Origin: Patescibacteria group bacterium
GTDB taxonomy: Bacteria; Patescibacteriota; Gracilibacteria; UBA1369
Reading direction: 5' to 3'
Length of the DNA: 64,000 bases
NCBI GenBank assembly: GCA_963169655.1
Contig: CAUJCM010000002.1
Coordinates: forward strand, 1,426-65,425
Program-made: the position numbers and the translations under genes
The notes under the pieces: model-generated
The model's database searches: none
Seen by the model: only the letters and a program-made list of their open reading frames with translations
Told to the model about the DNA's origin: nothing
Part shown: piece after piece, positions 56,809 through 64,000 of the stretch
How positions within the stretch are numbered: position 1 is the first letter of the stretch
How the letters are laid out: each line of letters starts with the position of its first letter

Positions 56809-57060
56809 TTGGCAAAGACTGTAGCTGAAATGGTGCTGTTGATGGCAATGTCGTCTATCATTGCATCAATGTCTGATAACAAAGATTACATTATTGCTGG
56901 CATGATGCTGGCAATGATGTTTCCCTTTGTGAAGGGGGTGGCTTTTTGGGCCAGAAAGAAGAGACTGAAGAATCTTGAGTCAAAATTTAAGCCGTATGAG
57001 ATCACTCTTTTACGGTCAGTGATTTATTCACCAGGGAACACACAACAATACAAAAAGTAG
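56809..57060 (+). CDS. Small (83 aa) two-TM, Met-rich membrane protein with basic C-terminal tail
   Basis: TTG start preceded by GGGAGGAGGTG, the only strong SD-like tract seen in the window. The ORF is visibly GC-richer than its neighbours and ends at a strong terminator. Confidence 0.5.
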   Translation: MAKTVAEMVLLMAMSSIIASMSDNKDYIIAGMMLAMMFPFVKGVAFWARKKRLKNLESKFKPYEITLLRSVIYSPGNTQQYKK

Positions 57061-57065
57061 TTTTT

Positions 57066-57098
57066 ATCCCGTTAGTTAAAGTACTAACGGGATTTTTT
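57066..57098. terminator. Bidirectional rho-independent terminator
   Basis: 11-bp stem atcccgttagt / actaacgggat with a 6-nt loop, a T-run at 57093-98 and an A-run at 57061-65. It sits between convergent stops. Confidence 0.8.
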
Positions 57099-60000
57099 AA
57101 GCTGCTTGTTTTAATTTTTGCTGTTCTTCCCAAGACATTTGTGCACCTGACATTCCCGTTAATGATGATCTTCTGTTTTTCATTAAGCTAGCTAATTGTT
57201 GAGGTTTAGTTTCAGCTAATTTATTTATAGTTAAAAGTAATTCTTCTCTAAATAATTTTTCTTTATTACTATCTATTTCTGTTTCTCCAGTAACTAGAAC
57301 TTCTCCTACAATACTAGCTAATTTCTTATTACCTGATAAATTAATAATATCTTGTGCAATTTCTCTAATGAACTGTTCAGTTTCTAGAGCGAAAGCCCTA
57401 ACTGATCTTTTTTTATCTACATTTGGCTTGTCATCTAATTGAGCTTCACCAAGCCTCAAATAAAAAGCTTTATTTTTAATTCTGCTACGAACAATATTAT
57501 TAAAATAAATAAAAGAATAGACCATTTGGCCGAAATCTTTAGCTAGCTCAAGATTAGCTTCTTTATTACTACCTGTCTCTAATTTATTGGCTCTTAAAAT
57601 TAATTGATTATTATAACCAACATACATATTTTTAACAGTATCAAGTTTAGCACTGCTTCCAAATCTCGTGCTTAAAATTTTATCTAAATCATTTTCCTGC
57701 CAAACTAAAGGACCGAGATAGTGATAAAGGTTTGGATCTAGATCTGGATTACCTGCTTTGTTTGTAGCCTGCCTTTTTAATGTTGGCGAGGTAAGCACTT
57801 CTGATTGAATCCAGTTAATGGTATTCTTCCCAGCAGTGTATTTTTCTAAATCTCTTTTCTCTGAGGCGTTAATATCTTGTTGAACTACTCTATTAAATAG
57901 TTCCTTAAAGTTATTTAAACCAAATTTACCTGTTTTTGGAATAATATTCCCTTTGGAATCCTGAATCATAACTGGATTACCATTTTCATCTAATATATTA
58001 TGTGCTGCTGCAAAATAAGAATAGACTTGTAAATTCCTTAAATCAGAGACAAAATGATTTAATCTAGAAAATGGTAGTAAAGTTTGTCCATTTTTATTTT
58101 TCACACTAAATGCAGAAATCAAAAATAACATACCCTGCTCCATATTTACTTCTAATTCTTTGATTGCACTTACCAATAAACCTTCAAATTCAGCTGCATT
58201 AACATCTCTATCATTTTCCCAATCATAGAGCATTTTTTTAAGCTGTTTATTAATTCCTCCTTGTAAAAATTCATATTTACTTCTCATATTTTTACCCGCC
58301 TCCTCTCTTTGCTTTATATATTCACTTTCATTTTGACCACTCCATGTATCAAACATTCCTGCCCCATATAAACCATCAATAATAGCTCGATATTGGTCAA
58401 AAATACTTAAAGTAGGTTCTTTATCCATAGCTGATTTGTCTCCTACAACTACAACCACATCTTTTAATGTATCTTTGAATTTATCAGGGTACTTTATTTC
58501 ACCAGAACTATTTAAACGATTTACCGCAGCTATTAATTTTGGATCATCTTCCCAGCGTAGTCCTCCTTTTTTTATTAAAATTGCCATTGCAGCTTGAAAA
58601 GTTTTTGAAGCTTCAGCTGTATTAGACATTTCAGCTGTTTCATATAAAATATCACGTATTTCACTAGATGAGTGATTATTTTCAAGAAATTCTTGTAGAT
58701 CTTTGACCTCTTTAACTACTTTACTTCCTAATTTTCCAGCATAATCATCACTTAAACTATTTAACCCTCCAAACTTTGGAAATCCTTTATAAAATTGTGA
58801 CCCAACAATTGCCTCTTTAGTTTCAGATCTATCCTTTAACCAATTAGCGATCTTTTCTTTTGGTGCTTTGAAAAATAAACCATACATTTCCATTAAACTT
58901 AAAAAATTAGTATTATTCCATAAATTTTGGAAATATCCTGGTTTTGTAAATTTATGTTCTTTTTCTTCATTATCTGTGGTAGCTGGACTTACAACTTTTA
59001 ATGCCTGATCCATTTCTTTAACTTTATTCTTGTTTTTCTCCTTTTCAGCTTGTTCTTTTAATTCTTTTAATTGCTTCTCATTTGGATTTGTTAAATTTTG
59101 ATCTCTAACTAAACGATAAAATTGATTTGGAGTTAAATAATTATTATCTGTAAAAGTAATTTTATTAGGATTTGCTTCTTTTATATAGAGAACTGGCAAT
59201 TCCATAGGTTTATCAGCTGAAATTATGGGGAAAGGAAATTTGGCATTGGTGAATTTCATAGGTTTTACTTCATCTTTAGACCAACCTTTTTCTTCACATA
59301 AAATCTGGTGCTGTTGTTCTAGAGCATTATCTAATTCCTCTAAAGATTTAAAATCTGGTACAGTTTTAAACTTGTTGTACCATTTGTGAAATTCAGATAA
59401 AGTTAATTTACTTGTAAAGCTAGTATTGTTTAAACTTCTTTTACTTTTAGGCTTATAATCTAGCGCTACTTCTTGATCTAAATATATAACTCCATTTTCA
59501 ATTCTTTCTATTTTGACTGTTTTAGTCAATTTCTTACTTGAATCATCAGTAATTTTATATGGCAACTCATATTCAAAAGTTTGACCTGCTTTCAAAAAAC
59601 CATTGATACCAAGATGAGAAGCTAATTGCTCTTCATTTTCAAAAGCTAAGGATAAATCATTTTCTTCAGCCCATCTAGCAAATCGTGAGGCAGATAAATT
59701 ATAGGTAATAACTTCATTACTTGGACTAGTTAACTTTAAAACTAATACTGGCTCTAAACTTGGGATTTTCCTTTTGTATTGTGAAGGACCATCATAAATA
59801 ATTTCTTCTGCACTATGAGTAATATCAACAATTTCTACCTTGATATTTTTAGGTAAGTTTTGATTTGGATCTACTTGATATTGATTAGGATCAGCCATAT
59901 AAAACACAGTTCCTTTTTTCAAAGGAAGTCCGAGTTGTTTTGAAGTTTTTTCTAAAGCTTCTTTTCTTAACTGTTTATTTTCTTCATCTTCAGCTACAGT

Positions 60001-60879
60001 AGCAATTTGTGTAATTAATTTTTCAACAAATTGATTGTATCTATTGATATAATTATTAAGCTCTTGATCTAGTAATTTAATACGTTTATCTAACTCATTT
60101 AAATTTTTTAAATAATCAGTAGAGTTGGTAGCGTCATATCTACTAATTTTAGTTAAAATTTGTTCTTTTTCATGACCAATATCTTCTACTGTTTTAGGGA
60201 AAGCAGATTTTAGTGTATTAATCTGCGAAGTCTTTAATTTATTTTCAGTTGATAATCTATTTAATAAATCTTGGTAATTCTCAGTTTCAGTATTATTTAG
60301 TTGATTAACATCTTCTTCAGTTAATTTTGTTAAATCCTTATTATCCTCATTTTTGCTTAAAATAGACTTAACTATTTTTTGATATTCTACTTTTTGATCT
60401 TGACCAGTAAAAATAGCTTTTTCAGCAAGAGTAATTACTTCTTGTGAACTCAACTGTTCCAATAACTTTTGATATTTGTCAAAATAACGAGTAGATTCTT
60501 CATAAAGCTTATCTAATTGATAATTTAATAATCCTTGGAAGTCATCTTTATTAGCTTCATAAAAACTATCAAAGTTTGGATATGATTTTTGAGCTTTTTG
60601 GAAGGATTTTTTAAATTCTTTTAAACTACTAAGTAAATAATGAATTTTTTGATTAATTTCTTTAGCATTATTTTCAGTTAGCTTAATAGATTCAAAAGGT
60701 AGATTCTCTTGTTCTAAAAGTGATTGTTCCTCTGTATCTTCTTCATTTAATAACTCTTGATCATTTTCATCTTCAACTTCTTCCAAATTATCCATTAAAT
60801 CATCTTCTTGAACTTGGGATTCTTGTGGGTTACGTCGATTATTTCTTCGTCTTACTTGTTGTCTACTATTTCTAGGCAT
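57097..60879 (-). CDS. Hypothetical 1,260-aa soluble protein (Arg-rich then acidic N terminus, coiled-coil-rich)
   Basis: Long ORF with ATG start, and the last gene of a three-gene minus-strand operon. It has no TM segment, no P-loop and no other motif I recognise. Confidence 0.65.
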   Translation of the reverse strand: MPRNSRQQVRRRNNRRNPQESQVQEDDLMDNLEEVEDENDQELLNEEDTEEQSLLEQENLPFESIKLTENNAKEINQKIHYLLSSLKEFKKSFQKAQKSYPNFDSFYEANKDDFQGLLNYQLDKLYEESTRYFDKYQKLLEQLSSQEVITLAEKAIFTGQDQKVEYQKIVKSILSKNEDNKDLTKLTEEDVNQLNNTETENYQDLLNRLSTENKLKTSQINTLKSAFPKTVEDIGHEKEQILTKISRYDATNSTDYLKNLNELDKRIKLLDQELNNYINRYNQFVEKLITQIATVAEDEENKQLRKEALEKTSKQLGLPLKKGTVFYMADPNQYQVDPNQNLPKNIKVEIVDITHSAEEIIYDGPSQYKRKIPSLEPVLVLKLTSPSNEVITYNLSASRFARWAEENDLSLAFENEEQLASHLGINGFLKAGQTFEYELPYKITDDSSKKLTKTVKIERIENGVIYLDQEVALDYKPKSKRSLNNTSFTSKLTLSEFHKWYNKFKTVPDFKSLEELDNALEQQHQILCEEKGWSKDEVKPMKFTNAKFPFPIISADKPMELPVLYIKEANPNKITFTDNNYLTPNQFYRLVRDQNLTNPNEKQLKELKEQAEKEKNKNKVKEMDQALKVVSPATTDNEEKEHKFTKPGYFQNLWNNTNFLSLMEMYGLFFKAPKEKIANWLKDRSETKEAIVGSQFYKGFPKFGGLNSLSDDYAGKLGSKVVKEVKDLQEFLENNHSSSEIRDILYETAEMSNTAEASKTFQAAMAILIKKGGLRWEDDPKLIAAVNRLNSSGEIKYPDKFKDTLKDVVVVVGDKSAMDKEPTLSIFDQYRAIIDGLYGAGMFDTWSGQNESEYIKQREEAGKNMRSKYEFLQGGINKQLKKMLYDWENDRDVNAAEFEGLLVSAIKELEVNMEQGMLFLISAFSVKNKNGQTLLPFSRLNHFVSDLRNLQVYSYFAAAHNILDENGNPVMIQDSKGNIIPKTGKFGLNNFKELFNRVVQQDINASEKRDLEKYTAGKNTINWIQSEVLTSPTLKRQATNKAGNPDLDPNLYHYLGPLVWQENDLDKILSTRFGSSAKLDTVKNMYVGYNNQLILRANKLETGSNKEANLELAKDFGQMVYSFIYFNNIVRSRIKNKAFYLRLGEAQLDDKPNVDKKRSVRAFALETEQFIREIAQDIINLSGNKKLASIVGEVLVTGETEIDSNKEKLFREELLLTINKLAETKPQQLASLMKNRRSSLTGMSGAQMSWEEQQKLKQAA

Positions 60880-60934
60880 TTGCGATATAAATTTATAAGG
60901 TGTTATTATAACTTATTTACTAAAATTAGCAAGA

Positions 60935-63277
60935 TTATGGAGTTCCTCCTGTTCCCGCACCCCCTGATGGTGTGCCTCCGCCACCTCCTGGAGCCGCCCC
61001 TCCTCCGCCTGGGCCTGCCGGTGCTCCTCCTCCTGCTCCCCCTGCTGGAGCTCCTCCAGCTCCTGTTCCTCCGGCACCTCCACCTGAAGTATCGCTTGCT
61101 CCTCCAGAAGGTTCTATTCCAGTTGCTCTTTCTCCACGCTCTAAAATATCCTCTACGATTTGAGTAGCTTTAGCATTATCTCCTCCAACTTTAGGGGTAA
61201 ACTTTCTAATTAAAGCTTTCTTTGCAGCCTCTTGTGCTGCTGGAGGTAATTTGTCATAGTTTTCTTTAAATGATTCGGCTCCAGCTGGTTTGGCTATTGC
61301 ACCGCTTTCGCTAATAATATCAGAGCCAGCCTGATATACTGCACTAGCAGCTTTTCTCATTGCTTCAACATTTCTAGTTTCTTCCTCAACTTTTCTTACT
61401 TTATCTTCTTTATCTTCATTTCCTCTTAATTCGTCTACAGCTCTATTTAGTTTAGTAACAGCATCAGTTAATTCAGGTATGGCAGTGTTTCTTTCAGAAG
61501 TAGGAATATTTAATGCACTTTGAGCTTCTTTTTTTGCTTGTTCTCCTCTTGCTTTAGCTATACTAGTATTTGATTCAGTTGCAAATTCTCTTAAATCTTC
61601 AGGAGTTACTTTTCCTGCTTTTAAATCTTCTAGAAATGCTTTTTTATTTCCATTATATCTACTTGGAGGTATAAAATCTTTATAGTATTTATCTAACTTA
61701 TCTGCTAAAACTGCTTGAGAAGCTGGATTTAAACGATAATCTACTTGGTTTAAAGCTTTAGCAATTTTTTGTTTTATATCCTCACTACCTCTAACGCTTT
61801 CTAAAGTAGATTTTGCTTTTTCAGAAGGACTTCCAAATTTTTCCCTTATATCTCTATCTTGATCTTGAATATATTGCTCCAATCCACCACCTAAACCACC
61901 TGCAGTTAAAGCTGCTAAACCAACTTTACCTTGAGCAGTAGGAATAATTGGGACATAGGCTGGTAATTTTGCCAAGTTAGTTCCAAATCTTCGAACTTGC
62001 CCTTGAATAGCATCCACAATGAAATCTGCTTTTGTACCTTTGAGAGCCATAAAGGCTGCTAACCAAATAAAAGCAGCTGTTGCTAAACCAGCAATTAAAT
62101 CTTGTAAGGTTGATGTTCCACCTGCTGTAATAGCACCCAAATTAGCTGGGTTTGTTGATAGTATTAAATTAGGTGAAGTTTGTTTTAATTGTGAAATCAT
62201 AATCATACCTATGGTTAAAACTACAGACACCTGTATAGGAATAAAAGCGTGCTTCATAAATAATTTAAAGAATGGGTCATTATCACCTAATTTACTACCT
62301 ACAAAAGACTTAAATGGGATACCTAAAAATGAAATTGGAGAAGTAGCAATGGCAATCCATAAAATGACAACTCTTACCAACATAACAGCAAATAAAGCAA
62401 TAAAAGCAGTCACATAAATTGTTAAGAAGATAATCGCAAATATTGTTTGAACTGTTAAAGTTTTAACATCTTTTACTTCTTTTAAATTGACAGTATCAAT
62501 ATTGGAAATATCCATTAATTCAAAAGCCATTACTAAACCTGCATTCCTTGAGTTAAAATTACTAAAGAAGTCTACAGCTGAGGACTTTAACTTATATTTC
62601 AAAGGTTCAACCTTGCTTCCTGTTGTAGTATCTGTGCTTGAGGCTGTATTACCATTTGTACCAGCTGGCTCACAAAACATGTTTTCTGTACCTTCCATCC
62701 CCTTAATATCCATAATCTTATTACAAAATTTTTCTGATAAGTAGTTGATACTTGTTTTATTTTCTTCATATTTCTTTAATTGATCTGAGGCTAAAGGTAT
62801 CGAGTAAATTGCTGTTGTAGTTACATTCACTACATCTAAAATAATTTTACAGGCAAAAAATGAAAAATTAACAGCAATTAAGGCAACTGCAATCTTTGGT
62901 AAAGCCTTATTCATACTAAAATCCTCATTTTCAATAAAACCTAAAATATTTACAATTGCTAAAGCTAATAATCCAAGTACAAATAAAATATTTACAAAAT
63001 CTCTAACAACTGCCCAAATATTGAGTAAAACCGTGGACATTCCTCCACTGAATAATAAATCATTATTAAGTAAACCACCCATTAAAATTAAAATAGGCCA
63101 CATAGCTGCCTGCATAGCTTGTAAAATTAAGCTAAAAGAGTCAAAAGCAGTTTGTATAACTTGGGTTTGAGACTGTGCTAAAGCTATATAAGGTACTGAA
63201 TATAGTATTATTGCAAATAATATTAATCTAAAAGATTTTTTATATTTTCCTAAATTTAATAGTTTTTTGAAATTCAT
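60935..63277 (-). CDS. Polytopic membrane protein with long cytoplasmic or extracellular tail ending in a Gly/Pro/Ala low-complexity region; topology reminiscent of TrbL/VirB6
   Basis: Signal peptide ending ALAQ and about 8 hydrophobic segments with one large loop. A roughly 330-aa charged helical region follows, then GGASDTSGGGAGGTGAGGAPAGGAGGGAPAGPGGGGAAPGGGGGTPSGGAGTGGTP. Confidence 0.7.
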   Translation of the reverse strand: MNFKKLLNLGKYKKSFRLILFAIILYSVPYIALAQSQTQVIQTAFDSFSLILQAMQAAMWPILILMGGLLNNDLLFSGGMSTVLLNIWAVVRDFVNILFVLGLLALAIVNILGFIENEDFSMNKALPKIAVALIAVNFSFFACKIILDVVNVTTTAIYSIPLASDQLKKYEENKTSINYLSEKFCNKIMDIKGMEGTENMFCEPAGTNGNTASSTDTTTGSKVEPLKYKLKSSAVDFFSNFNSRNAGLVMAFELMDISNIDTVNLKEVKDVKTLTVQTIFAIIFLTIYVTAFIALFAVMLVRVVILWIAIATSPISFLGIPFKSFVGSKLGDNDPFFKLFMKHAFIPIQVSVVLTIGMIMISQLKQTSPNLILSTNPANLGAITAGGTSTLQDLIAGLATAAFIWLAAFMALKGTKADFIVDAIQGQVRRFGTNLAKLPAYVPIIPTAQGKVGLAALTAGGLGGGLEQYIQDQDRDIREKFGSPSEKAKSTLESVRGSEDIKQKIAKALNQVDYRLNPASQAVLADKLDKYYKDFIPPSRYNGNKKAFLEDLKAGKVTPEDLREFATESNTSIAKARGEQAKKEAQSALNIPTSERNTAIPELTDAVTKLNRAVDELRGNEDKEDKVRKVEEETRNVEAMRKAASAVYQAGSDIISESGAIAKPAGAESFKENYDKLPPAAQEAAKKALIRKFTPKVGGDNAKATQIVEDILERGERATGIEPSGGASDTSGGGAGGTGAGGAPAGGAGGGAPAGPGGGGAAPGGGGGTPSGGAGTGGTP

Positions 63278-63281
63278 TTGT

Positions 63282-64000
63282 CTATGTAAAGATGATTTTT
63301 GAAAATGTAGATCCTATTGCTGCAATAATAGGCACAGCTGTTGATACACCCACTATTAATGCCGGTTTTAAAATTTTTCCTAATTCGCCTTTACCTTGAG
63401 TACCTTTTACTTTGCTATCGCTACCACTATCATCCTCAATGTTACCAAAGTTTTTTTGCTGAATATTTTGATCCATAGTAGTTTCTCCTGAAGCCAAAAT
63501 TTTTTGTGGCCCTTGCATAGGCTCTCCTCTTTCACTAAGCTTTGGTTTCACTTTTCTTGCTGGTTGTGCACTTCTTAAGGCTCCTTCTTCTTTTAATTGC
63601 TGTATTCTTGACTCTTCTCTTTGATCTTCAATTGGCAATTTTCCTTTGATATTTGGACTTTGAAAAAATGGTAATCGAGATTGAGAAGCCAACTGATCTG
63701 ATGGTTGGAGATCTGAAATATTATTATCTCCAGGGATAGGTGTGGATTCTTTTGGGAATTGTAAGCGAAAACTATCTAGGTGTGGATTGATATCTTGAGG
63801 TTGTTGCAATTGTCCATACAGAGATAAAAGTGGTGTTTGCAACTTGTGTAAATCTTCACTAGGTAAACTAATTTTTGGAGCTGAAGGAGAGTCCTGATCT
63901 GGTCTATCATATAAACTAAAATTATAACTAGAGTGCCCATTGGCCCTATAAGCTGATGTATCAGTCAATAATCTTGCCGATACTCCTTCTTGATCTATAA
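63282..64000 (-). CDS. Hypothetical tail-anchored protein, 5' end probably beyond the window
   Basis: The frame stays open upstream of the TTG at 63968 to the window edge. The protein is Pro/Gln/Ser-rich and disordered-looking, with a C-terminal TM (LKPALIVGVSTAVPIIAAIGSTF). Its stop lies 4 nt from the next gene's start. Confidence 0.55.
   Translation of the reverse strand, partial: IDQEGVSARLLTDTSAYRANGHSSYNFSLYDRPDQDSPSAPKISLPSEDLHKLQTPLLSLYGQLQQPQDINPHLDSFRLQFPKESTPIPGDNNISDLQPSDQLASQSRLPFFQSPNIKGKLPIEDQREESRIQQLKEEGALRSAQPARKVKPKLSERGEPMQGPQKILASGETTMDQNIQQKNFGNIEDDSGSDSKVKGTQGKGELGKILKPALIVGVSTAVPIIAAIGSTFSKIIFT

Noticed and set aside
60808-61167. Plus-strand ORFs 60808..61167 and 60972..61163 (poly-Pro/Ala/Leu)
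   Set aside because: They are the antisense reading of the GGN/CCN/GCN-rich tail of the 780-aa gene and of the spacer between two minus-strand operon genes. This is a compositional artefact.
1-64000. CRISPR arrays, tRNA/rRNA genes, transposases/integrases, and a diversity-generating retroelement
   Set aside because: No regularly spaced direct repeats with unique spacers were seen, and no tRNA-like GTTCRA T-loop contexts occur in the spacers. There are no DDE, tyrosine or serine recombinase motifs and no reverse transcriptase ORF. The repeated DNA that is present consists of in-frame domain repeats.

Overview
AT-rich, tightly packed bacterial window read with the standard genetic code. Most genes lack a Shine-Dalgarno sequence and many are joined by TAATG stop/start overlaps. 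This style fits a small-genome uncultivated lineage such as CPR/Patescibacteria, but I cannot assign taxonomy from sequence alone. Recognisable housekeeping genes are tsaD, hisS, a DHH/NrnA-like phosphoesterase, recJ, miaA, rplJ-rplL with an upstream structured leader, uvrA, a PrsW-like protease, recF and thrS. They are interleaved with an unusually large cell-envelope complement. This includes a Trx-like/DsbA-like disulfide pair, three SLH-containing proteins and a partial type IV pilus module (PilO-like, PilB, PilC and a separately transcribed pilin). It also includes two paralogous secreted repeat proteins. The centrepiece is one 17,538-nt ORF (26109..43646, 5,845 aa) built from Asp-rich Ca-binding-type repeats, SLH, Ig-like, FG-GAP-like, DUF11-like and PKD-like modules. 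These surround a roughly 1,400-aa core I cannot assign. Four translationally coupled secreted Cys-rich proteins follow it directly, each with a cysteine within four residues of its C terminus. I consider this five-gene unit beside the pilus genes the best candidate for an undescribed surface or host-attachment system. A second candidate is a three-gene minus-strand operon (57097..64000). It encodes a tail-anchored protein, a polytopic TrbL/VirB6-like protein with a GC-rich Gly/Pro tail, and a 1,260-aa orphan. No rRNA, tRNA, CRISPR array, transposase or integrase was seen. All family assignments rest on motif reading by eye, with no searches run.
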